In this document: positions 1 to 10,289 of the stretch, piece after piece
Layout: each line of letters opens with the position of its first letter
Numbering within the stretch: position 1 is the first letter of the stretch
Source of the DNA: an uncultured Nitrososphaerota archaeon
GTDB lineage: Archaea > Thermoproteota > Nitrososphaeria > Nitrososphaerales > CADDZS01
NCBI GenBank assembly: GCA_963799845.1
Contig: CAWCYI010000004.1
Coordinates: 1,088,001-1,152,000 of the forward strand
Length of the DNA: 64,000 bases
Direction of reading: 5' to 3'
Notes under the pieces: model-generated
The model's input: only the letters and a program-made list of their open reading frames with translations
What the model was told of the DNA's origin: nothing
Databases searched by the model: none
Made by a program: the position numbers and the translations under genes

Positions 1-1007
1 AAGTGCTTTGTGTTCTCCTACAGTTTCTAACTGCTACTACCCTATGACACATTCAGTCGATTTCAACGGAAGCTGGATAGAACGAAACGATTCGGGAACA
101 AACACGTCTGCGACGCTTCAGGATGAGTCCAGGCGTATACACTGTTGCCGGGGGTGACGAGTGGGGAGATCTCACGCTGTTGCATTTTGAGGTAAGCACG
201 ACATCGAACATTTTGGAAACCACGACAAATACTACAAACAGCTATCCACCTGGTTGTGACTCGCTGGGCTGCACTACAGTCGGCACCACGACGTCGAGCA
301 TTTGCTCGGTTTCGGCGGAGCCAACCGGTTTCTACCTCCATGTCATAGCGGATGGAACTTCTGATCCTATTCAGGGAGCAAGACTAAACGCGACGCTAGT
401 GAATGGATGCGGTTATCCTCCCGCCAGCCCGGATTATCAGATCATCACCACGAATTCGACTGGGTGGGCCTCGGTTTCTATTCCGCAGAATGCCTCAGGA
501 GCTTTCTCATTTATCTTCAACGTTCAGTTTCCCTCCGCTAATTTTTCAAAAACTTTTCAAGTAGGGTGGGCTCCGCAGCAGGGAACATTCGTAACGCTGA
601 GTTTGCCGTCGGGTGCCGTCAGCGTCAATTATCGCTTCCCTATCACCTGCAACGGCGTTTGCTACTATCTGGATATTTCTGAAGAAATTTCTGTCGTGCA
701 GCCGACTGGTGATTACATAATCCAGCTCTGGACAAACAATACCAATTCAGAGCCAACGATCTCAAACATTACGCTTCTAACACAACCTGCAAACCGAACC
801 CAGATCATCCAGTTTTACTTGCCGGTCGCAAGCTATGTATTTGTCAGTCCAACATTCACTCTGGTCCCGAACAGCAACGGCACGCTGTTTTACCTCACTT
901 CGGGTAATGGGACGAGGATCTCTACGACTATTGACACAACTAATAACCTGCTCTACACCAATGAAAAAGTCCACGGTTGGATCGAGATCAATTGCTTCAT
1001 AGCATGA
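1..1007 (+). CDS. 3' part of a secreted multidomain protein: end of GDEWG domain + prealbumin-like Cys module + C-terminal beta domain; begins before the window, frameshift near 120
   Basis: PGVYTVAGGDEWGDLTLLHFEV motif. Frame 2 from base 2 reads SALCSPTVSNCYYPMTHSVDFNGSW... and shifts into ORF 123..1007. GFYLHVIADGTSDPIQGA...TTNSTGWA module follows. Confidence 0.75.
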
Positions 1008-1062
1008 TCTAGACCTTCCGAGCCGCCACGGTACAGTTCACCTAGTATAATGAAGACAAGAT

Positions 1063-1308
1063 TCACAGGAGAAGAGCGCCAATAGAATGCGGACGATCCG
1101 GTAATAAGGGCAGAGATGGGTTGCAGGTCCAGGAGTAGGTACCGGCATATTTCGTTACGCCATAGTGAATCAGCTGACAGCTCAATGACTTGTAAATTGT
1201 GGTCGCTGTCCCTAGAGTTATGCTACCGACGTAAACAACGGAAGCTGCAAAGACAAAAGCTCCAACGAGCATGATGCCGATAGCAAGTACTATCCAACGA
1301 GTAGTCAT
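1063..1308 (-). CDS. small membrane protein with an extracellular Cys pair, possibly frameshifted or truncated
   Basis: N-terminal hydrophobic helix and two Cys. An alternative frame near the end gives a second hydrophobic stretch (NLVFIILG). Confidence 0.45.
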   Translation of the reverse strand: MTTRWIVLAIGIMLVGAFVFAASVVYVGSITLGTATTIYKSLSCQLIHYGVTKYAGTYSWTCNPSLPLLPDRPHSIGALLL

Positions 1309-1488
1309 CCTGTTTACTCAAGTGGGATCAAAGCCTATCCATACTTGAATCTTCTTTTCAGAACACTTCTCTCACCATTTGATTATGATTTTCATTCAGC
1401 TGAGAACCTCCAGTATAACAAAATTATGGCACCTAATGATCAGTAAATTCGACAGTCTCAAATAACGGTACAACACAACGATCTGGAC

Positions 1489-2010
1489 ATGTCCCGGAGA
1501 ACGCTGATGTGGGATGGCCTGGGTCTTCTTTCATTCATTTCCGGGTCGCTCTTGATCAGCAGTGCATCATCTCCGTCAATGTATGTCTCCCCGTACTGCG
1601 TCGGCGGGGAGTTGAATTTTTGCCCGGTGCTTTCGGAATTTAACTGGTCTCCCTGGTTTTTCGTCCTCGGAGTGCTCTTGGTATTTCTCGCCTACCCGGT
1701 TGCGCTCGCGGGATCTGACAAAAATCTCGATGAACCGCTCATTCTTAACCGAACCATTTCGGGAATCTCTTTCATGCTCACAGGTGCTGTGGTAACGATC
1801 CTCGGCGTGGAAAGCTTTCAGGAAGTCCAATTCATGGTAAATTGCCCAGTGAATTACTGTTCGACCGGCATATTCAGCCCGGTCTATCTCCTGAGCTGGA
1901 TTCAGATTTTCTTCGGTCTTTCTCTTGTAGCGGTCGGCGCCTTCCTTCTGGAATCAAGACGGTCCAAAAAGATGCTGATGCAGGAAACAGCTCAGCAAAT
2001 AACTGGTTGA
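1489..2010 (+). CDS. 4-TM membrane protein with two Cys-bridged loops
   Basis: Four hydrophobic segments; loops CVGGELNFC and CPVNYC. Confidence 0.7.
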   Translation: MSRRTLMWDGLGLLSFISGSLLISSASSPSMYVSPYCVGGELNFCPVLSEFNWSPWFFVLGVLLVFLAYPVALAGSDKNLDEPLILNRTISGISFMLTGAVVTILGVESFQEVQFMVNCPVNYCSTGIFSPVYLLSWIQIFFGLSLVAVGAFLLESRRSKKMLMQETAQQITG

Positions 2011-2048
2011 AAAGAATGATAACGTGATCTTTCTGTCGGTTGAACATA

Positions 2049-2456
2049 CTAACAGTCTATTGCCACATTTGATTGTTCCGAGGAAAGCGATAATCCATTA
2101 ACTGCCCATGCGAAGACATTGACAGTGTAGTTTCCATATGGCAGAGTTATGATCACGTATGTAGTTAGATTTTGTCCGCCAGATACAATGACACTAGAAG
2201 TGGAGACCTCGAGTGTTTGTCCAATTGAGTTGTGAAATACACCGAAGACGATTGCATTAAGCGAAATCGCCAAATTATTTGTAAGTGGAACTTCAATCGT
2301 TTGGTAGCCGAGCGGATAACACGATGCTGGTGATGGAACCGTGATTGGGTCCAAAAAATTTGCGCCAGTACTTGCCAAAATTGTAGTGTTCGATCCACCA
2401 ATCAGCAATATACCAACGATAATTAAATTCAACAATTTCATTTGAAGACAGTTCAT
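2049..2456 (-). CDS. secreted Ig-like protein resembling the C-terminal domain of thaumarchaeal S-layer-type proteins
   Basis: Signal peptide; VFHNSIGQT...YGNYTVNVFAW pattern. Family resemblance is from recall. Confidence 0.55.
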   Translation of the reverse strand: MNCLQMKLLNLIIVGILLIGGSNTTILASTGANFLDPITVPSPASCYPLGYQTIEVPLTNNLAISLNAIVFGVFHNSIGQTLEVSTSSVIVSGGQNLTTYVIITLPYGNYTVNVFAWAVNGLSLSSEQSNVAIDC

Positions 2457-2547
2457 ATCCCTTGTCTACCCATCAGCATGGGCTAGACGATCCTTTCGTA
2501 ATCATGTGCAATAAGCGTTCCTAAATCGAGAACGTGTAGTTTGATAC

Positions 2548-3861
2548 GTGGCTTCAAATATGGCCGATGAGCATGACTTGGTCATGAAATTGAAGAACGG
2601 GTTGGCGATCAGTCAAACCGCAACTATCATTGTGCTTGTCCTCATAATTGCAGGTGTTTCCGTCGGATTCGGATCCGGCTACGTTGAAGGTCAGCAAGGA
2701 AAGACGACGATAACAACTACAACTTCGCAGTATGAAGAGTCCCAGCAAACGATTATTTCGTTTCAGACGGCTACTACGACTGTTTCCAATTCGACCACGA
2801 TCTCCGAATACCTGGGTGCTGCTTCCACGACGGTAACTTCGACTCTATTCCAGACAAACGTAGTCAGCGAAAACGATTCGCTGTCGAATTTGGTGGTGGC
2901 CAACGTCACTGTTGACGGATTTCCAGACAGCATCGGAATCAACACGAATACCGATGTGGTGTACGTCGAGTACTCCTTCAATACGACGAACCTTGCAGTA
3001 ATCAATGGAAGTACAGATTCGTTGATCACGAGCATACCGCTGGGGTCGGCGACGCAGGCGACTCCCATAGTGAATCCGGATACAAACACGGTCTACATAG
3101 GAAACGTCATAATCAACGGAAGCACGAACGAGGTTTCCCAGTACTATAACCAGAGCTTGACCTTCGTCGCTGCCGACCCAAGCTCAAACGTAGTCTATGC
3201 GATGAACACGACGGGCTACGCTACAAACAGCACTACCACGATATTTGAGGTAAACGGCTCGAACAACAAGATCGTTAGCTCCGTCAGTTTTGAGGGAGAA
3301 CCCGCGGCTGGAGACAATCCAATCGCGATGAACGAGCAAACCGGAATACTCTACCTTGCGGTATGCACGAATGAATGCGGCTTTTTGGAACATTCTATCA
3401 TTGGAATCGGCCAGACCTCTTCCGGTCTCACGATTTTATCCCAGATTGCACTAGACCAGCTGGTGTTCAATATAGCAGTTGATCCTTCGACAAACATGAT
3501 CTTCGTCACTGCACTACAAAACCTGCTCATCGCTATCAACGGAACAACCGATCAGATTGTAGATGAGATTCCAATTACGGCGTACGCAAATGAACTCCGG
3601 GGAATCACAGTCGATCCTACCGGGAACGAAATTTTTCTGGCTGGTGGTCCCGACTGTCAAAGCTTTTCAGGCTGCGGAGCTAACACACTGTACGTAGTGA
3701 GCGAAGGAAATTACGGAATCTTTGCGATGTTCACGAGTCCCAATCCGTTCATCCTTCAATTTGACCCCGCGAATAATCAGACGTACGCCGTTTTCTATTT
3801 CTCTGATTTCGTGGCAGCGCTGAGGATACCACACTACAACGAGACGTTCCTGCTTCCGTAG
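2548..3861 (+). CDS. membrane-anchored YVTN/YncE-like beta-propeller protein
   Basis: TM helix, Thr-rich stalk, repeated blades (VNPDTNTVYIG, VDPSTNMIFVT, AVINGST). Start may be at 2560 or 2584. Confidence 0.85.
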   Translation: MASNMADEHDLVMKLKNGLAISQTATIIVLVLIIAGVSVGFGSGYVEGQQGKTTITTTTSQYEESQQTIISFQTATTTVSNSTTISEYLGAASTTVTSTLFQTNVVSENDSLSNLVVANVTVDGFPDSIGINTNTDVVYVEYSFNTTNLAVINGSTDSLITSIPLGSATQATPIVNPDTNTVYIGNVIINGSTNEVSQYYNQSLTFVAADPSSNVVYAMNTTGYATNSTTTIFEVNGSNNKIVSSVSFEGEPAAGDNPIAMNEQTGILYLAVCTNECGFLEHSIIGIGQTSSGLTILSQIALDQLVFNIAVDPSTNMIFVTALQNLLIAINGTTDQIVDEIPITAYANELRGITVDPTGNEIFLAGGPDCQSFSGCGANTLYVVSEGNYGIFAMFTSPNPFILQFDPANNQTYAVFYFSDFVAALRIPHYNETFLLP

Positions 3862-3876
3862 ATTCGTTATCACGAA

Positions 3877-4701
3877 TTAGTTCGTCTGATTTGTCGTTGG
3901 CGACGTAACGACAAAGTGCAATAGGACCATCTGTCCCCATTCGTCCCCGGCAGCAATCGTGTAGGCTCCATCGCTGAAGGGTGTCGAAGAGATGGTGATA
4001 TTTCCAGAATTTGACTCATACAAGCTCACGAATCCTGTTATCACATTGGAAGATGTCAATGCCGTATTGTATGTTATTCCTGAAGAATTCTCGAAAGCTC
4101 CGTAAGCTGCTGCCTGCGAACTGTTTGGCTGGAAGACGTAGTTTCGAAAGTCAAGATTGGGACAATATGAGGGTGAGCTGATACTGACATTCATCGGAAT
4201 CGAAGATGAAATGTTAGCTTGGGTATAGTAACCGCTGGAAACTAGGACAGATTCCCAAGCAGGGCAGGGGAAAAAATCTCCGGAGAAGTTTTGAAGGACT
4301 GGAATCGCCCAACCAGAAGCTCCGGTTACGTTGTTTATCCTCGACAATGTATTGAAAAGAGAGACGGAGATGTTGACCGCCTGACCGCTTTGAATTCTCG
4401 AGGAATTTATTGAAAGTTCAAGCTTCAACGCCAAGGATGAATTTGTAGTCTCGGCGAAAGTATCGTTGGCTGTTGAATCGGAAAGATTCTTGGTCGTAAT
4501 GTTGACCTTGACGGAACCGTTCGTGCGAGTTATCATAATGCTGGCTAGGACAGTGCCGATAAGAGCTACGGCAAAAAGAAATGCCACGAGCGAAATTATG
4601 GCAAAATGCGAGATTCTACCGCTTCTTGCGAATTTCAAAGGACTACTGCCACTTTTATGAAACACGAATGGATCCTCATTCTCATTGGAAGGACCTCTCA
4701 A
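3877..4701 (-). CDS. membrane-anchored GDEWG-domain protein
   Basis: TM helix; LKLELSINS...NNV...W...GYY...CP...YVFQP...AYTIAAGDEWGQMVLLHFVV. Confidence 0.8.
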   Translation of the reverse strand: MRGPSNENEDPFVFHKSGSSPLKFARSGRISHFAIISLVAFLFAVALIGTVLASIMITRTNGSVKVNITTKNLSDSTANDTFAETTNSSLALKLELSINSSRIQSGQAVNISVSLFNTLSRINNVTGASGWAIPVLQNFSGDFFPCPAWESVLVSSGYYTQANISSSIPMNVSISSPSYCPNLDFRNYVFQPNSSQAAAYGAFENSSGITYNTALTSSNVITGFVSLYESNSGNITISSTPFSDGAYTIAAGDEWGQMVLLHFVVTSPTTNQTN

Positions 4702-4832
4702 AGTTAGGTCAGAGGGCAGGCATCAATCGCAAAGCTCCTTATCTTCCATCTTGATTTTCACGCGGAGCCATCCTATAAAGTTCTAGTCCTCAGAACAATC
4801 AGATCTCATCCTCTTTACTTCCGGTCTAGATC

Positions 4833-5306
4833 TTACTCCGAAATGAGCGAGCCTGAAACTGACTCACCGTTAGCCAAGACAATCACGTAGTTCCAATCCT
4901 CTCCCGCCGTGATATTCACAGGAAATGCGGTTCTTGGATAATAGGTTAAGTTAGTTACTTTGCCAGAAGCGATTACATTGGCTGGAGAATGAACTGAGAA
5001 ATCAATCAGACTGGTCGAGTTTTCTCCGTCCTGCCATGTCGTTATTGTTATTCTCTCCTCCGTGACTGATAGCGAAGTTACATATGTTTCTGCTTCCGGA
5101 TTATTGAAAGATATCGAGAGGTTTGCTTTCGGTGGATTGGAGGACGACCCAGTGAGCCCATCGTAAAAGTTGGCCGATGAAAGGGTGAGCCCCGGATAAC
5201 TGGCATCGCAACCCAAACAGGTTTCCAAGGTTGCAAAGTACAGAGTTCCAGCTATCACTGTGACTGCCAGTGCGAGGATCAGGAGATTTCTTGCTTGGAA
5301 CTTCAA
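4833..5306 (-). CDS. archaeal pilin-like secreted protein
   Basis: N-terminal hydrophobic helix; C-terminal ITAGEDWNYVIVLANGESVSGSL resembles TACK pilin globular-domain tails; CxxC after the TM. Confidence 0.55.
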   Translation of the reverse strand: MKFQARNLLILALAVTVIAGTLYFATLETCLGCDASYPGLTLSSANFYDGLTGSSSNPPKANLSISFNNPEAETYVTSLSVTEERITITTWQDGENSTSLIDFSVHSPANVIASGKVTNLTYYPRTAFPVNITAGEDWNYVIVLANGESVSGSLISE

Positions 5307-5498
5307 TCGAGGAATACGATATTTCGTCTCACTAACGTTTTGGTCTTCTGGAGCACGAATCGTGTTTCGAGTTCTCGATCGTGTTCATTCTACGTACCCA
5401 TATGAGTTCCGAAGGAGCTAACCGAACCCGTTCTAACTCTTGAATTATTTGAGCTAAAGATTAGTCTCAAATATAACGGTCTCTAGCTATGCTGTAAC

Positions 5499-6041
5499 TT
5501 GCGGGACAAAGACACCAGATCAGCTATTTCGATCATCACCGGAGTTGCAGTTGTCGCTTTGGTTATACTTTCATCGGTTGCTGGATATCTGTTGAGCAGG
5601 TCGCAATTCTCCCAACAGACCACTACGGATGTAGTTTCGTCTGTATCCACTCAGACAATCATTCAGCTGAAAGAGACCACCATTACCACTGAGGAGACTA
5701 TTACTGAAGAGACGACATTGCCCTACAATCTAACATCGACTAGCCTCGTTAATTTGTTTACGATAACAGATGATCTAATTATCCAAGCTGTCGCGGGCTA
5801 TACGGTAACCATAAGCGGCAACTGCACTATCTATCCTGGCACAATCTCTGTAAGCAGCGTTTCGAACTACACGTCGATAATCTTGCCCACGAATGCCACC
5901 AGCAACCTTGCAACGATCACATACATTACGGACTATAACATCAGTGATGTTTCTACTACAATAACGTTAAACTCCGTTACAGTTTTGAACGGGTCAACAA
6001 TTACCACTATGAGCTTCTCCAGCTGCCCCAGCAGCGCTTAG
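5499..6041 (+). CDS. membrane-anchored Thr-rich protein with C-terminal Cys pair
   Basis: RSAIS followed by hydrophobic helix, Thr-rich stalk, two Cys. Confidence 0.7.
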   Translation: MRDKDTRSAISIITGVAVVALVILSSVAGYLLSRSQFSQQTTTDVVSSVSTQTIIQLKETTITTEETITEETTLPYNLTSTSLVNLFTITDDLIIQAVAGYTVTISGNCTIYPGTISVSSVSNYTSIILPTNATSNLATITYITDYNISDVSTTITLNSVTVLNGSTITTMSFSSCPSSA

Positions 6042-6158
6042 TACCTAGAAAGTTAACACTCAGTTGACAGGACACACCGATTGAAAGTAAAACTAGGATG
6101 CCTTTAATTCTCAACGAAACCTAAATAGAAGAGTACTGATTACGAACTCTCGCCTATT

Positions 6159-7055
6159 TTGGACCTACCAACTCATTTCTTCTTCGGAATCGCAGTGGCG
6201 CTTGTTTTCTTCGGGAGGCCAGAGGTGGCGCTTCTCGTCGGAGTAGGTGCACTCCTCCCGGATCTTGATAGAGAATACTGGTACGTGAAACCTCAGAAAT
6301 ATGCCGATGAACAGTATCACAGGGCCAGATTCCACAACGTTTTCGCCATTCTCGCTGCCTATCTCGTCAGTCCCTTCCTCTCCTTGGGAGTGTTCCTTCA
6401 CATGTTGCAGGATTCATTCACGACTGCAAAGGATCGGGGAGTAGAATGGTTCTATCCCCTGACCTGACTTGTCAAGAGAGGAATGTATGACGCCGACGGG
6501 AAAACACAGCCACAAGATCCCAGAGAACACGTTTACTTTTATCAGGAAGATCCGATAGGTATCATAGAACATGCCGACGTGGATCTAAGGGAAAACCATC
6601 CGGTACCATGGCGGAGAGTTTACGGGTTCGCCCAGAACAGCCACTTGCTTGACAGGGGATTCCTGTTCTGTTCGCTGGTTGTAATTTTGATCTGGTTTGC
6701 CGCTCCCATGACTTTTGCGAGATTCATGCTGTTTGGAAACTTTTTCCAGACAAACTGGCTCGTTTGGCTTCTCGGTTATCTTTCCGTCGTGGTTCTGTTC
6801 GCAGCCGGCGAAACTCAGCGTAGAGATGTCCCGGCAAAGCTTCCTCAATTAAAGCCAATCCAGCTTCCTCTTCTTATCGCTGGAATCATCTTGCTAGTAT
6901 CTTGGCTGGTGGTTTACGGCTCTCAGATTCTTAGTAATTTGATGAACATTTTCGCCGCTCCGCTGCCAATCGTTCTAGGCGTCATACTCGTCCCGATTAC
7001 CGCAGTCCTGGTCTTACTGTGGCAGATCAGAAAAGGCAAGACCACAGTTGTATGA
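6159..7055 (+). pseudogene. YdjM-like membrane metal-dependent hydrolase with an in-frame TGA at 6465-6467
   Basis: TH..., GALLPDLD, HRARFHN, HMLQD, G..WFYP motifs. ORF 6483..7055 continues in the same frame (YPLT*LVKRGMYD). Confidence 0.7.
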
Positions 7056-7305
7056 AAAAGCCACTTCGTATGAATCATAAATGCTTCGCTCGGGCCGGTG
7101 TCGCCCCAACCGGGAGTGTTTCTCGGTTCGATGTGCGATCAAAAGCGATCCCTCGACTGTTAATTGGGGATCCCACAAACTATCTGGAATAGAGCAAACT
7201 CAAAAACGAGTTTTCTCCAAGAATCCTAGGGCGATTTCTGTTTTCTGTAATCGATGTGAAACGATTATAATTCGTCTGAAACGAGTTAACGAAACAACGT
7301 GGTTT

Positions 7306-8085
7306 ATGATGAAAAACTTGAAGGTGTTCTTGAGCGTTTTACTATTCGGAGGGATGTTGTTACTTTTCACCGCGGAAACATTTCCTCTGACTACCGTCGC
7401 AGCATCAACGCAGTCTCCTCTGGCATCGACTCTCTATACCGGATACCAGGTGGTTGGTCCCTATACGACTTTGAGGGTCAAAGGTTCCTGGGTAGTCCCT
7501 ACTGCCAATTGCGCAGCAACGCCAAACTCTGTCTCGAATATCTCCGTGATCATCGACGGCATTAATGGCGAGGGCGACGCGATGGAGATTGGCACTTATC
7601 AGAACTGTGTCAACGGAGTTGCGGTCTACGGAGCCTTTGTGAATCTCTATCCCATGACTACATTCTACGGAAAGGGAGGCATCTCTAAGGTAGTCATTCA
7701 TCCCGGTGATATAGTTGAGGCCCAGGGCACCTGGAGACCTTCAACTCAAACGCCAGTAAACTGGAATACTAATTTCATCGATGAAACCACAAAAGTACAG
7801 GTAGATACAAACGCGCGCACAAGTTCTGGATTCAAGCCGGTCCTAGATTCCGGAGCAATAATTCTTAGTTCGGACGGTCATACTCTGACAGCTTTGAGTA
7901 CGATAGATTCGGGTCAACGTTACACGAAAGTTAATCCGTCTGATCTAACCGGACCGCAGCTGGCAAAGTCGACCTTCGGCGAAACTGGTGCCTTGGCTGG
8001 CTATACCCTCATCGCTTGGCAAATTCCTGGAACAACCTTGGGTCCATTGACAAACAGCGGATCCAGCTTCCAGATAACTGCGTAG
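7306..8085 (+). CDS. secreted peptidase G1 (A4, glutamic peptidase)-like protein, probably catalytically degenerate
   Basis: Signal peptide from ATG 7306; YTGY, VKGSWVVPTANC, IDG, EIGT, PGDIV motifs. Confidence 0.65.
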   Translation: MMKNLKVFLSVLLFGGMLLLFTAETFPLTTVAASTQSPLASTLYTGYQVVGPYTTLRVKGSWVVPTANCAATPNSVSNISVIIDGINGEGDAMEIGTYQNCVNGVAVYGAFVNLYPMTTFYGKGGISKVVIHPGDIVEAQGTWRPSTQTPVNWNTNFIDETTKVQVDTNARTSSGFKPVLDSGAIILSSDGHTLTALSTIDSGQRYTKVNPSDLTGPQLAKSTFGETGALAGYTLIAWQIPGTTLGPLTNSGSSFQITA

Positions 8086-8110
8086 TTCTCGGATAACTAC
8101 GCGGCTTTTT
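8080..8110 (+). terminator. hairpin plus T-tract after the G1-like gene
   Basis: GCGTAGTT-ctcggat-AACTACGC stem followed by a T run. Confidence 0.45.
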
Positions 8111-8229
8111 CTTAGTCCGGACACACTAATTCTCTTGTTTCGGAACGAAGGCGTATAGGATAGCGAATAGTAAATTATCTCAGGTTAGTTTTCCGATTCA
8201 AGTAATAGTCCGTGAATCGCATTCGTCGA

Positions 8230-9546
8230 TCAACCGGTTTCGCCTGAAGCATTTTGAGCAGGCACGGACTCGGCAATAAGTTGACCGTCTTCTTCTACGT
8301 GCTGTTCCTGTTTTTCCCCAACATGGCTCTTTGATTCTGACTCGATCTTCTCCAGAGAGCGGATGATTCGGTCAATTTCCTTCACCCCTTCAGAAACCGG
8401 CGCGGTGGCCTTTGTCCCCGGGGCTTCCTCGATCGGACCCGAACTTTTCATCATGCTTTCTTTCTTACCCTTTGGAGCAAAACGTTCAGCTCTAATCTTG
8501 GTCGGAATCTCTTCGGCGAAGTGTAGACTCAATGTTTTGCTGTTCTGATCATACTTCTCGCCCACCAGCATCATCTTGTTCCCGTTGCTGCTAGCTTCTT
8601 CCAGGAGGCCCGCCGCGAGGCCCTCGACAAACTGATTGCCGTACGCGAGGTCGCCCTCCAAAGTTGGCGGGTCTGATATTGTCACCGCCCCAAATCTTCC
8701 TTCCATCGCGCTTCGAAGCTCAAAGGTCCCCCATCCCGCGGACATGAGGAACGCCTGAGCGTTTTCAATAAGCGGACTACCCCTTATCTTGCCATAAATC
8801 TTCGCTCCAATCTTGAAGACCTTGGTGTTACATGTAGAGCAGGTCCCTTGCAAGGCATGCGTTCGGTTCGACAAAATGACCTGCCTCGGATTCTGGATCT
8901 TTCTCATCATTCGGCACTTCATGCAATAGGCCTCCTCGATCTTTTGATCAGAGCTAACTCCCTGACCGTAATAGTAGATCGAATACTCAGGTTCGTAATC
9001 CTGGTTCAAGAATTGGCCGAGTTCCCGTACTATTTGGTGAGCGTATTCCCGTCCCTCCTGATATAGGGCAGAGGTGCCTGTAGATCCTGTTTCTTTTGCT
9101 AGGCGCCTTCCCAGATTGATCAGCGTGCCAGAGTGCAGCGAAACTGCAGGACGTTTATTGTTGAAAGCGATTCCCGCCATTCTTCTTCCAAATAGTCGAC
9201 CATTAATTTCGCAGTACTCTGCCGACATTACAAATTTCATTGTATGCAGTCGAACCGCGAGCTCGACGGGCCCCAGGTCGGCGTTCTCAAGGTTGCAGCA
9301 TATAGAAAGAATGAACTTGTTTTCGGGCGCGTTTATGCTGCTATCAAGAGCCAGTAGCATCGCACCATTTTCGATGAACACGTTGATAATCTGATTCTGG
9401 GTATAGGGAACGTTTTTACCACAAATCAAAAATTCATAATCAAACATTTTTGCTGGAAATGAAAAGCCGATGCTCTTCGGATAGTGATCTGAGATCATCT
9501 TTTTTTCTTGCCCGGAGCTGAAAAGTTTCACAACTTCTTCAATCAC
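8230..9546 (-). CDS. ACT-like + V4R-like protein with an inserted DUF5679 zinc ribbon and an acidic tail
   Basis: LYQEGREY and AGWGTFE...FVEGLAAGLL V4R-like motifs are split by EAYCMKC...QGTCSTCNTKVFKIG. Confidence 0.7.
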   Translation of the reverse strand: MIEEVVKLFSSGQEKKMISDHYPKSIGFSFPAKMFDYEFLICGKNVPYTQNQIINVFIENGAMLLALDSSINAPENKFILSICCNLENADLGPVELAVRLHTMKFVMSAEYCEINGRLFGRRMAGIAFNNKRPAVSLHSGTLINLGRRLAKETGSTGTSALYQEGREYAHQIVRELGQFLNQDYEPEYSIYYYGQGVSSDQKIEEAYCMKCRMMRKIQNPRQVILSNRTHALQGTCSTCNTKVFKIGAKIYGKIRGSPLIENAQAFLMSAGWGTFELRSAMEGRFGAVTISDPPTLEGDLAYGNQFVEGLAAGLLEEASSNGNKMMLVGEKYDQNSKTLSLHFAEEIPTKIRAERFAPKGKKESMMKSSGPIEEAPGTKATAPVSEGVKEIDRIIRSLEKIESESKSHVGEKQEQHVEEDGQLIAESVPAQNASGETG

Positions 9547-9797
9547 ACGTAAGCTGGGCCAGATTAGGACTTTATGAATTGGGGATTAGTGACAGCGGGT
9601 TAGAATTAAGAGTACGAGTTACAACAAGATGATAGAGATCCTCCCTCGGTCTATTTTTGACAGGATCGTTATGTAAATAGGCATATTTTGTCATGAATTT
9701 CCCTTCCCTTCGCCTAATTTTAGTCGCTCATCAGTGCGATGCTATCCCAAGTTTTGCCGCGTCAATTGAGAACGCTATCGGGGGATCTTCTATAAAT

Positions 9798-10262
9798 TCA
9801 AGTATCTCTTGGTATTTGGCCACCCTCTACCCTTTCAATTTGTGAATAATTTTTTGTATGCGCTCTGTTATGAATTCTCATCCAGAAACTAATCACGCCA
9901 GCAAATAGAAGTAAAAGAAATCCAGCAACACCCAGATCGATACTCCAGAAATACAAAAAGGGGTTAAACCAGGCGATTGGGCTTATCCACACGGGCGGAC
10001 TCCTATGACAAGATAGAGGTACTGGTACTGCCGGGCATGAAACTACGTAGTCGCCCTTGAAATAAAGAATTGAGCAAAAAGTACCATATTGATTCGTAAG
10101 GCATGTGGTGACTGGTTGAACAGGAATGGCAAATGAAAAGAAAATTGACGATGACAGCAAGACCACGCCTGAAATTGATAGCGCCAGTAAAACCAGGATT
10201 TTTGATTTCAACTTATGACATGATTCAAGCTCGCTTGAATTTACGCATTTTTCATTTAGCAT
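9798..10262 (-). CDS. 2-TM membrane protein with a Cys-rich extracellular loop
   Basis: Two hydrophobic helices with four Cys between them. Confidence 0.65.
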   Translation of the reverse strand: MLNEKCVNSSELESCHKLKSKILVLLALSISGVVLLSSSIFFSFAIPVQPVTTCLTNQYGTFCSILYFKGDYVVSCPAVPVPLSCHRSPPVWISPIAWFNPFLYFWSIDLGVAGFLLLLFAGVISFWMRIHNRAHTKNYSQIERVEGGQIPRDT

Positions 10263-10289
10263 TCGAACAAACTAAATTATGATTAGAGC

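Noticed and set aside
7081-7305. N-terminal extensions of ORFs 7081, 43356, 59091 (to 59990) and 23844 (to 24545)
   Set aside because: Better starts lie downstream, next to TATA boxes or signal peptides. The extensions are non-conserved-looking or overlap other genes.
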